From NCBI GenBank assembly GCA_004431415.1, contig QPMI01000007.1, forward strand, positions 1-64,000: a DNA stretch of 64,000 nt, written 5' to 3'. A program made the translations under genes and the position numbers. Shown piece by piece: positions 34,706 to 45,369 of this stretch. Source of the stretch: Cyanophora paradoxa CCMP329 (taxonomy: Eukaryota; Plantae; Glaucophyta). The stretch's first letter is position 1. Each line of letters starts with the position of its first letter. Below the pieces are notes generated by a model. That model did no database searches. It worked only from the letters and a program-made list of their open reading frames with translations, and had not been told where the DNA came from.

Positions 34706-36722
34706 ATGGCGAGCGCTGTAGCTGTCATTAGGAGGCGCGCGGCGAGCACCTGGGCCGCCCCACCGCTCCAGCCGCAGCGCCGCGTCGTGGTCACGGGGAT
34801 CGGGCTTGTGACCCCTCTGGGCGTCGGCGTGGAGCGCGTGTGGTCGCGCCTCACCGCAGGCGAGACCGCTGTGCGTGCCCTGGCCGGGGACGCGTTCGCG
34901 CAGTTCCCGTCGAAGGTCGCGGCGCAAGTGCCGCGCGGCAAGGGCGACGGCGAGTTCGACGTCGACAAGTACGTGGGAGCAGATGTACGCGCCCGCGCGC
35001 CGCCGCACCGCCGCGCGCCCCGATCCCTCTGCAGGAGCAGCGCAAGACGTCGCCCTTCATCGATTTCGCGCTAGCGGCGGCCGAGGAGGCGCTCGTTGAC
35101 GCGCGCTGGAAGCCGAGCGACCCGCAGGCGCTCGCAAGGACGGTCCGCCGTTCCTCCGACGGCCGCGCCGCATCGCAGTCGTCGCTGAATCGCTGGCGCG
35201 GCGCAGGGCGTGGCCGTCGGCGCAGGAATGGGATCCATAGACGACATTTGTGACGTCTCTAGACAGCTGGATGCTCAGGTGAGGGGCGCTTGCGCTCGGC
35301 GCTCGGCCGCGTGGCGCCCGGCCCGACCCGCCCGCCCGCCCTCACGCCTTCGCAGGCGTACCGCCGCGTGAGCCCGCACTTCATCCCGAAGATCCTCATC
35401 AACCTCGCGGGAGGGCTCATCAGCATAAGGCACAAGTTCGGGGTGCGCAGGGCGCCCCGCGCCCCTACCCTCCCTCCCCCGGAACTGAAAAAGCAGTACC
35501 CCCCCAGGGCCCCAACCACGCCGTGTCGACCGCCTGCGCGACGGGCGCGCACGCCATCGGCGACGCTTACCGCTTCATCAAGTTCGGCGAGGCAGACGTC
35601 CGCCCCGCCCCACCCCGCCGTCCGCTCCCGGGTACCAGAACCCCGCCGATCGACCGGGGTACAGGTCATGGTCGCGGGGGGTACCGAGGCCTCCATCAAC
35701 CCCGTCTCCTTCGCCGGCTTCAGCAGGCGCGGCTGCCTATCCCAGTACCCTGCGCGCGCTGAAATCCCGTACCCCCAGAGCAAAGGCCCTCTCGACCAAG
35801 TACAACGACCGACCGCATGAGGCGTCGCGACCGTTCGACAAGGGACGCGACGGATTCGTCATGGGAGAGGTGCGCTGTACCCCAAACTCGCTTTATGTAC
35901 CCCTGCCGACGCCGCCCTGCCCCGTCGCAGGGTTCCGCCATTCTCGTCTTGGAGGCCCGCGCACATGCCCGCCTACCCCTTGCCGAATCGCTTACCCCCC
36001 AGCAGGAGATGGAGCACGCGAAGGCGCGGGGGGCACGCATCTACGCCGAGCTCCGCGGGTACGGCCTCTCCGGTGCGCCTCCCCTCTTCCCCGTACCCCT
36101 GCCGCCGCAATCCAAGCGCGGGCCGGGGGGGGTGTAGGAGACGCGCACCACATCACGGCGCCGAGCCCCGGCGGGGAGGGCGCGCTGCGGGCCATGCGGA
36201 CGGCCCTGGCGGTCTCGGGCCTCGCCCCCACTGACATCGCGTACGTCAACGCCCACGCCACTTCTACCCCGCTCGGTCCGCCGTACCCCCCTCCCGCTTC
36301 ATCCCGTACCCCCCCTTACCCTACCCGTCCGCAGGGGACGAAAAGGAGGCGGGGGCGATCGCGGCGCTGCTGGGGCCCGCGGGCGTGGCCGGCGCGTCGG
36401 TCTCGAGCACGAAGGGCGCCGTGGGGCACCTCCTGGGAGCCGCCGGCGCGATCGAGGCCGCGTTCTCCGTCCTGGCCGTCCACCGCGTGCGCCCGTACCC
36501 CCCTCCCCCCTCCCCCCCCCCACCCTCGGCGCCTCCCGACGTGGCCTCGCGCAGGGCGTCGTGCCGCCGACGTGCAACCTGAGCGAGCCGGACGTGGGCG
36601 AGGCCGGCGCCGGGCTGCGGCTGGTGGCGCGCGAGGCGGAGCGGCGGGCTGTACCCGCCGCCATGTCCAACTCCTTCGGCTTCGGGGGTACCAACGCCTC
36701 CCTCGTCTTCGCCCAGATCTAA
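34706..36722 (+). CDS. OXSM: Mitochondrial 3-oxoacyl-ACP synthase (KAS II / FabF type)
   Basis: Presequence-like [15 protein letters not shown]; [15 protein letters not shown]; [18 protein letters not shown] (catalytic Cys); [16 protein letters not shown]; [12 protein letters not shown]; [14 protein letters not shown]; [13 protein letters not shown]. Stop TAA at 36720-36722. Confidence 0.93.
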
Positions 36723-37103
36723 TTCCGTCCTGTACACGTGTCCCTTCTCTCTCTCCAGCTAACTTGAGCCCCACTAGTACTCGTCCTTCCTGCCCTGAGA
36801 AGACCCCAAGGCCACTCTCCCGCCCCGCCCCGCGCGTGTTCGATCGCGTATGTGCAACTTTTCCTCCGGCATATTGGTTCCACTCAGATCTACACTAGAG
36901 TACTGCAGCCGCGATCGTGGGGGATCGAAGCACACGCGGGGATGCGCATCTTGGGACGATAAACTGAGCACCGCCGCTCTATATCCAAATCGAGCCTACC
37001 TAACGGACCTACCCTGGAAAGAAAACGAAGAAACTGTTGGAAATGGACTGCACTGAGTGAAAGAGGTTGACGAACGGGGCCATTCCTTTTTCCCGCAACC
37101 TGC

Positions 37104-38115
37104 TTAGGAGTTCACCGCGACGGTCGGCTGCGCCGCGTCGTGAACCCCGACCTCCCGCCTATCGGAGCCACCGGCCTTCTTTGAGCTACTGCCGCCGCCT
37201 TTGCCCCCGAAGAGATTCGACATGAACGCCGCAATGCCGCCTTTGCCCTTCTTCCCCTTGAACGCTCCTGCGCAACGGAGATCAGCGGACTCCCGGAGCC
37301 CAGCGCCGCGCAGGCGGCGGGGCGCGCCGCGTCTCTTGTAGGCGTAGAGCCACTTGAGCTGGTTGGCGTTGAATGCCCCGCGGCGGCGCTGGCGCACGTA
37401 CTCCACTGTGCAGCGGAGAAGGGGAAAAGGTTTAGGATGCATTGAAGAAGCAGAAACAAGGAAGCTGGCGCACCAGCGTCGAGCGGGTCCATGCCCTTCT
37501 CAATGAGCGCGACCGCAATCAGGACCGGGGCGCTGCGAGGCGGACGGGCGGAGTGAGGAACGGGCGCCCGAAAGCAGCTGCTCGGTTCTAGGAGAGCAGG
37601 TGAGCGGGTGAACGCACCGGCCGAGGCCCGCGACGCAGTGCACAGCGATCGTCTCCGGCGGGTCGACCTCCTTCGAGAAGGTGTCCCCGCAGAGTTTGAG
37701 CCAGTCATTCAGGATGTTCTCCGGAGGCGAAGCACCATCCGGCCACGGCCAGTGCTGCGGGAAAAGGTCAGCGGGGACGCGTGGCGGGCAGTGCGGGAGA
37801 GTGGGTTCACATGGAGCTTGATATCCATCCGCTCGAGCGGCTGCGGAGCGGCGCGTGAGGGCACGAATGAAGATCTGCAGCACGAAGCATGCACCTCGCT
37901 CGAGTAGGTGGCATCACAAACGCGGACAACGTGCTTGACGTTGGCCTTGTTGAGTTCCTGCGCAAGATACGGTCAGCGGAGGCCGCGGCCTTCGCCTGCG
38001 GGATGCGAGCCTTGATGTAGACGGGCAGGTTGGCGTCCGTCGGAGCGTCCATCAGGATGAAGCGCAGGTTGTTGTATTCGATGGTGCTCGCGCGGTAGCT
38101 AACTGAGAATGCCAT
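37104..38115 (-). CDS. PRL / PTP4A-family protein tyrosine phosphatase
   Basis: IEYNNLRFILMDAPTDANL, VKHVVRVCDATY, WPWPDGASPP, IAVHCVAGLGR|APVLIAVALIE, RQRRRGAFNANQL are all diagnostic PRL motifs. Confidence 0.92.
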
Positions 38116-39008
38116 GTTGCTGCTGTAAAGCTTATGGAAGTTGCTGCAGTTGTGGCTGGCGGGACGTTGAAGTTGGGGCGGGTTGAGGGCTTTCTATGGG
38201 CTTCGAGGCGCGAACGCCTTGTCTCTCAGGGAGGACAGGATCGGACTTAGCCGATCCCTCCACGCATCAATAAGCTCCGTTCCTCGTCGGCGGCGGGGCC
38301 CGGAGCGGAACCAACTCACATCCGTCACAACGACGCTGGCTCTGCCCGACGGTGTCAAGGGTGAGAGGCACGAGCACCACCTCAGCAGCGCACCTGTCGT
38401 TCCGCCGGCCAGGAGCGGGAAAACAGGTGAAGTCAGGGGTGAGGGGCTTCTTTCTCTTTCTGTACCCGGCCGGGGGGAGGGGGGTAGTCGGCTCCCTCGG
38501 GCTTCCAAGTTCCACGGCGCGGCTGCGCGGCAACTGCATATTGAAGTACAGTGCTGCCGACTGCGGCCCTCGGATGCGCGGACCGAGGCGCGTGCGAGCG
38601 CGATTCAATTATCCGCCGGGTTCGCGCCAAGTTCAGCGCTAGCAGCCGCAGCCGCAGTTCGCGGTGTGCTCGCGCGTATCGCAACTCTTCGAAAACCCAC
38701 TCGCTGAACCGCCGCGCGCGGTCGCAGGCCTAGGCCGCCGAGGAACGGAGCAGCAGCCGACCTTAAGCTTCAAGCCGCGAACTCCGCCGCAGCCCTCCAG
38801 TCGCTGGAATCGAATCTAGATATCGATCTAGAGTCGAACGTGCGTACGCGTTCCGCGCGCGCGCGCCTGCAGCTGCTCTTTTCTAGGCCTACGTATACGT
38901 ATACGCGTAGGCCGACGCTTACGCGGACGCTTACGTGTATGTGTCTCGAGCTCGTTGACGTCCTGAAGTGCAGCGCAGGGCTCCGCGGACGCGCGCGGCC
39001 ACGGGCCG

Positions 39009-40091
39009 ATGGATTACCGGGGCGCCGGCGAGTGGCCATGGCTCTTCCGGATGACATTAATATTGGTGCATCGCGCGCGCGCGCGGGGTGAGCCCGAGGC
39101 CGGCCAACGAGGCTTCCACGTGCACGGGCAGGCGATCGGCACCGGCGCGCCCCTCGTGATTGGCATCGGCGCGCTCCTCCTCGTGATCCGCAGCGGCAGG
39201 CTCCCCTTCCGCTCGCTCTCGACGGAGGAGGAGGGCCGGCCGCCTGAGGGCCCGGGCCCGCCTCGAGCTCGCGCGGGCCGAGGAGCATGCGCAGCTGGCG
39301 TAAGCGCGGGCGCGGGGGGAGCTCGCGTCGCGGCTGGCGAAGGCGGCGCAGCTGGGGGCTGCGTGGCCATGGGAGGCTGAGGAGCTCGAGCGGGCGAGGC
39401 GGCTGGCCATATGCATGGCCGAGGAGGCCCGGCGGGCGGCGGAGCGCGAGGGCGAGAGGCGGGCGGAGGAGGCGCGGAGGGGCGAGGCGGCCGCGGCGCG
39501 GCGGGTGGCAGCGGCGGAGCGGGCGGCGGCGGACGCGACGGCGGCGGCAAGGAAGGCGGCCGCGGAGCTCGAGGCCGCCCGCGCGGAGGCGGCGGCGCTG
39601 CGGCAGGCGGCCGCAGCTGGGAGGCCCCAGGCGGTCTCGGCGGCGGCCGCGCTGGCGGAGGTGGAGGCAGGCCTGCCGGCGATGGGCCGCGCGGACCTCT
39701 CCGCCCTCGTGGCGCGCCTCGGGGCGCTGCTGGCGGCCGCCTCGCAGCGCCTCGCGGCGGCCCCACGCGAGCGCGAGTGCGCCGTCTGCCTCACCGTGAA
39801 GGCCGAGGAGCACATGCGCGTCCTCCACCCGTGCGCTGCGCCGCGCCGCAGGGGGTTCCGATCTTAAGCTTCCTCCGCTGATCCTGCGCGCCGCGCCGCG
39901 CCGCAGGTGCATGCACGGGTTCTGCGAGGAGTGCGTGGCGCGGCTGCAGGCCGGGGGCAGCCCCTGCCCGCGGTGCCGGCGGCCCTTCGCGCGCGCCTCG
40001 CGCGTCTTCGTGGGCGACGCCCCCTCTGGCCTTTAGTCGACGATCTGATCATTTTAATTATCATGAGGCCCCCTATCATGATTCAGTGTGA
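39009..40091 (+). pseudogene. Disrupted TM + coiled-coil + C-terminal RING-HC gene
   Basis: Hydrophobic AIGTGAPLVIGIGALLLVIR, then a frameshift near 39240 and an in-frame TAA at 39301-39303 within the coiled coil (EEHAQLA*ARARGELASRL). The RING is intact: ECAVCLTVKAEEHMRVLHP|CMHGFCEECV...CPRCR. A shorter product from ATG 39415 is possible. Confidence 0.6.
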
Positions 40092-40454
40092 GATTATATA
40101 TAATTATATATAATTAACGTTTTTGGGGGGCTTCGGGAGATTTAATGGAGACTTTAATGAGATGTAGTCTCCAGCTAATATCCGTTGGAGACTTTTCAGA
40201 GACTTCCTAAGCAAGCGGCGTTAAACTAAACTTTGTTACTTAGCAGCCTTCAACCCATGGCCATGGCCAGACGCCCATGGCCAGGCACCGGGCACCCGGC
40301 TTCCATCGCCTCAATATCTCTTCCATTCTCCATTCTCCTTCGAAATCCCTCGCACGCGCGTACATATACAAGCCGGGCGGGGCCGTGAAAGCCAAGGCCC
40401 AGGTGCAGGGGGTGGGATCCGGAGCACGGCGCGGCGAGTGCGTAGGCGCATCCC

Positions 40455-41133
40455 TCACGCGTCGGCGGCGAGGAACTCGGCCTCCACCTGCAGCGGGGCG
40501 CACACGGATCACCCTCAAGCTCCAAATTAAAAGCCGCGCGGAGTTCGAGCTCGCCGAGTCGCAGCAAATTAAATAAAGCGGACCATGTGGGCGAGGTCGG
40601 CGGCGGCGTCGAGCTCGGCGGCGTCCAGCTCCGCCTCCGCCGCAAAGTCCTCCTCATGATCAACCAGCTGCGGGCCGGTGCGATCAGCTCCGACTCGGCG
40701 AGGCCTAGGGCCTAGGCTTTGATTTCTCGGGGGGCCCGGAGCTCGGCGCATATATACCTGGGACTCCTCGTCCAGGAGGCGGGCAGCGCACGCGGTCCAC
40801 TGCCACATGCCGTTCACTTTGATGAGACTTTGGTAGGCCACGGAGGTGGAAGGGCAGCTGATGGGGCGGCCGCGCGCGGGGCGAACGTCAGCAAAACCGA
40901 ATTCGAAGAAACACGGCAGCGGCGCGCGGCACTAGTTCATTAAATTTAAGGAGATCTGGAAGATCTAGAGGGCCCCGGGGGACCGGGGCCGGCGCGCGGG
41001 CCCGGGGGTGCCAGGGTGCGGCCCAGCTGCAAATTAAAGCGCACTTGGCAGGCGTCGTCGTAGAATATCCATTCAAGTTCGCCGGCGTGCAGCTGGAGTC
41101 GCTGAAGCATTTGATGGTCCCGGCGTCAGACAT
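40455..41133 (-). CDS. Small (about 100 aa) four-exon orphan protein with a Cys-containing N-half and an acidic C-half
   Basis: Phase-consistent GT-AG splicing gives MSDAGTIKCFSDSSCTPANLNGYSTTTPAN|CPSTSVAYQSLIKVNGMWQWTACAARLLDEESQ|LVDHEEDFAAEAELDAAELDAAADLAHM|VEAEFLAADA*. Confidence 0.45.
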
Positions 41134-41632
41134 CGTGTCTCAGTGATAAGCAAGGTGCTCCCGCCGGGCTGTCTTGTTTGCGCGAGTTGCAGGTTGTTTA
41201 GCGCTCTGCTCTCAGAGTCGACGTCTGCAGCCTCTGCTGCTCAGCCGCTGAGCGGCTTTCAAGTTTAGATGTTTCGAGCTCCTACTACCTGTAGGCTACT
41301 AGGCTAGTAAGGCTACCCGCGGCGGCGCGGCCAGCGCTACCCGGGTGTACCGGTACCGTCGCGGCGTCGCCTTCCGAGCGGCCCGAGCCTCGCGTACACG
41401 GTACCGACTCTACTACGGTAGTACCGAGTCCTACCGACTCTGCCGCAGTCTCTGCCGACCGTCGGACTCTCTGGCACTCTCTGCGGCTCTGCCGCTCTGC
41501 AATGAGTCTGCCAGGCTGCATGAGCCTGCATCATGAGGCTGCATGCGGCAGAAGCCTTAGCTTGAACGGCCCGGCTTGAAGGAGAATTCCGAAGGAGAAA
41601 AAAACTAATGCTAACCGTTGAACGTTATATTA

Positions 41633-42131
41633 CGATCGAGCTCGATCGCGAGCCTTCACCTTCAAAAACTTTATAATTTACGAAAAATCTGACTCCCTGA
41701 TTATGAAGCTGAAGCCCCCCGGGCCCCGGGCCCCGGCCGGGGCCGGGCCCGGCCGGCCCCGGCCGCCGGGCCGCCGCCCGCGGGCCGCGGCCGCCCGCCG
41801 GGGCCGCGCCACCGCGCCCGCGGCCGCGGCCGCCGCGCGGGCGGCCGGGCGCGGCCGGGGCCCGGCCGCCCGGGCCGCCCGCCCGGGCCTGCCGGCGGAG
41901 GCTGCCGCCCGGGCCCTGGGGGCCGGGGCGGCGGGGCCCGAGCCGCCCGACGGCCGCCCCACTGCGGCCCCAGCTCCGACGTCGACTCCTCCGACTCGGC
42001 GAGTCCGACGGTCCTCCGAGGCTACGACCGTCTGACTCCGAGGCTCCCCTCGATCGGCTAAAAATCGATCTCCGATTGCGAACTTCGGACTCCGGGAAAA
42101 CCGACGTTGCGATCGAGCTCGATCGCGAGCC
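41633..42131. repeat. Almost pure G/C tract bracketed by a 22-bp direct repeat with a palindromic core
   Basis: CGATCGAGCTCGATCGCGAGCC at 41633-41654 and 42110-42131. About 41714-41960 is nearly all G/C (GGCC/CCGG words). Confidence 0.8.
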
Positions 42132-42561
42132 GGGCGCCCGGCCTTCATGATCATGATTAATATTCATGAGTTGAATGGCAATTGCAATTGCAAGTTACTA
42201 GTACCGGTACCGTACGTAGTAATAATTCAGGCCGCCGGGCATGCGCAAGCTGAAACTTTTTTGAAAGCGTCGCCCGGCGCGGCGGCGCCGCGGCCGTGGC
42301 CGCCGGCCCGGCGCCGGGTCCGAAGCGACCGGCGCGGCGGCGCCCCGGCGTAAGAGCTCGAGTCGTAGGACTCGTCACGGCGTAGCTGACCTCGGAAGGC
42401 CTGGGCGGCGCGGCCGCCAAACCGTTGAACAACAGCAAACTCGTGCCTAGCATTTAATTTCCTGCACACACATGCGGGCCCCGGGCTCGGGGATCGATAT
42501 CGAGATCGCGAACGAAAGGAGGGGAATAGAAAGAAATTTAAAGCGCGCCGGCCTCGCCGGC

Positions 42562-45328
42562 TCAGGCGGGGCTCGAGCTGGACGCGGGCGCCGCGGGGTC
42601 GGACCCGGAGGGCCCGGCGGAGGGCCCGGGTGCGGGGCCGGCGAGGGGCGCGAGGGCCGCCTCCACGCGGGGGAGGAGGCGGGCGAGGGAGACACGGAAG
42701 CCGCCCGAGGGCGCGTGCGCGAAGGGCAGCGCCGGGGGCGCCCCCGCCGCCCCGCCGCCGGCTGCGGGCGCGCGGCGGGCGCGGCTGCGGCCCGGCCTCG
42801 GCCCCGGCCCCGGCCTCGGAGGGGGCCGCCGGGGCGGCGAGGAGCGCGCGGCAGCGATCGAGGACGAGGCGGGCCCGCGAGGCGAAGTGGGCCCGGATGA
42901 GGCCCTGCGCGGATGGAGTTCGAAGGGGTACATGCACAAACGCGGCGCGCGGGGCCGGGGACGGACCGCGAAGGGGGCCGGCGGGGCGCGCAGGTTCGTG
43001 ATCATCGTCCGCAGCGAGAGGAGGTACGCGTTCTCGCTGAGAGGGGGCGGCGGCTCAGGGCGGGCGGGGCGAGGGGCCGGGCCCGAGAGAGGGGAGGGGC
43101 TTGCGGGGCCGACCTGTAGGAGCGGGAGTTGGACGCGCCCTCCTGCGTACCCATCTGGCTCTCGTAGCCTGCGCTGCGCTTTCAGAAGGGGGGGGGTACG
43201 GGAGCAAGGGCGGGAGGAGCGAGAGGGGGGTACGGCACGCGCCGGCCTCGTTGTAGTACGGGTGCTCGTTCAGCACGAGGCCCTGCAGGGAGACCAGCAC
43301 CTGGGCGGGGTACGGCGTTCGGTTCGGAGGGGGTACAGGGGCGGGGGGTACGGGTAGGCACCTGGAGGAGGGTGCTGCGCTGCGAATCCCACTGCTCCCG
43401 CCCCTCGCCGTCCCACGTGCCCAGCAGGCTCAGGCAGACCTTCCCGTTCGTGTCTGCCGCGCCGCCGCGGGCGTGAGCCGAGCGCCGCGGCGGGGGGAGG
43501 GCGCGGGAGGGGGGTACGGGCGCGCGCACAGAGGTTGGGGTTGATGCGCTCGCCGACGTTCCAGTACGTGAGCTTGGGCGGGGACTGGGGGTAGTCCGGC
43601 GGCAGCGTCACGTCGAACACGAACACGGCGTCCGAGTACCTGAAAGGGGGGTATCAGAAAAAGCTGAAGGGGTGGGGGTACGTCGAATCCGAAGCTAGGC
43701 GAGGGGGGTACTACGGTACGCACGGGGTGCCCTCGGGTCCGACGACGAGGGCGGAGAGGAGCGCGGTGTTGTCCTCGTAGGCGCGCACGAAGATGCCCTC
43801 TGCGGCCGCGGCGCGAACGAAGGAACGTTCGCTCAGGGGAGAAAGAGAGGAAAGGAAGGGCCGGGCGACGGCAGCAGCGGACCGGGGAGGGAGGATCGGA
43901 GGGCGCGCCACTCGCGTTGGACGCGCGTCGCGAAGGCCCGCGGGTTGTTCGGCGCCTGCGTCACGCTGCGAGGGGCCCCGTCAGAGGGGACGCGCCGCTG
44001 CGCGAGAGGGAGGCCTAGGGTGCTGCACCTGCTGTCCGCGTGGCGCCCGGGGACCGCCGGCAGCACGGCGAAGGGCGCGCGGTCGTCCGAGGGCGCGGGG
44101 CCCGCCTCGCCGCCCGCCGCCGCCGCGCCGCCGTCGCCCTCGCCGCCCGCCTCGCCACCCTCCTCGCCGCCCTTCCCGCCCTCGTCCTTCTCCTCGTCCC
44201 CATCGCCGTTCTCGTCGTCGTCGTCGTCGTCACCGCCGCCGCCGCCGCCGCCGCCCCGCCGCCGCTGGCCGCCGCCGCTGTGCCCGAGGCCCGTCGCCGC
44301 CGGACCCGCCGCGGCCGCCTCGCTTCCGCCTCCTCGTCATCCTCCTCCTCCCCAGGCGGCGCCGCCGACGGGCCCTGCGCGCCCGAGCCGATCAGCCGCC
44401 TGTGGCCGAGCGGAGAAGCGCGCGCGAGGGCGCACCCCGAAGTGGTTGCGGGCCCACTCCCAGGAGCGCTGCAGGAAGCCGCGGAGGGCGCCGCCGGGCT
44501 GCTCGGGCCCGCCGGGGCCGCCCTGCCCGCCGGCCGAGTCGCGCAGCGCCTGCTCCAGCGCGCCGATGAGCTCGGGCGGCAGGTTCATCGCCACGCTGCC
44601 GCTGCGCGCCGTCCGCAGCAGGTTCTCGATCGTCGCCGCCGCCTCGGGCGGGAGCGACGGCCCCGCCCCGCGCCCGCCGCGCCCGCCGCGCCCGCCGGCC
44701 CGCCGGGCCCGCCGGTGCCCTCGGGGCGTTCAGACGGATGGCCTGAAGTCCCTCCACGAGGTTGCCCACCAGAACGACGGCCACTGCGGCGAGAAGTGAG
44801 GTCAGAAGGCGGCGGCACCGAGAGCTCGACTGGGGCGCCGGCGCACTTCGGCTGTTGGTGGCGGGGTCCGCGGCCCCCGCGATCTCTGAGAAGGCAAGGG
44901 GCGCGCCCTGCTGCCCGGCCCGCCGCAGGGCGGCCTGGATCGCCTCGTTCACGTGGGGCGGCAGCGGGCCCGCCATCGTGCTGAAGCGGGGGTGCGGCGG
45001 CGGAGGCTGGTTCGGCAGCCGCCCCGACCGGCCCGCGCGCCTCCCGCCCGCGCCCGGCTCCCGCCGGTTGCCCTTCGGCGTCTGGCCCGCCCCGCGGGCG
45101 CCGCCGCCGGCCCCGCCCGCCTCGTAGTGGGCGGGGTCCTCGTTACTCGCCACCTCCCAGCCGCCCTCCTCGTCGTCCTCGTCCTCGTCGTCCTCCTCGT
45201 CCGACCCGCCCTCTCCCGCATCTTCTTCCTGCTCGCCCTGCCGGAGAGCGAAAGAACGAACAAGTCAGACCCGCGGCGCGGAGCAGCACATCGCAGCGCC
45301 GCCCACCGTCCCCTCGTCCCCGTCCTCA

Positions 45329-45369
<41 letters not shown>

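Noticed and set aside
30138-36722. KAS gene as part of a polyketide or secondary-metabolite cluster
   Set aside because: It is a stand-alone mitochondrial-type FabF with a presequence, and the neighbouring genes are functionally unrelated.
37268-37327. Additional GC-AG intron in the PRL tail
   Set aside because: It is 60 nt, in frame and stop-free, with no exonic AG before the donor, so it cannot be distinguished from coding sequence; excluded from the GC-AG count.
38755-38960. Restriction-site-dense DNA as cloning-vector polylinker contamination
   Set aside because: The pattern recurs in many spacers and inside introns with different words each time, and has no vector backbone features.
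39301-39303. In-frame TAA as evidence of an alternative genetic code
   Set aside because: TAA, TAG and TGA all terminate conserved genes in this window, and no other in-frame stops occur in conserved exons.
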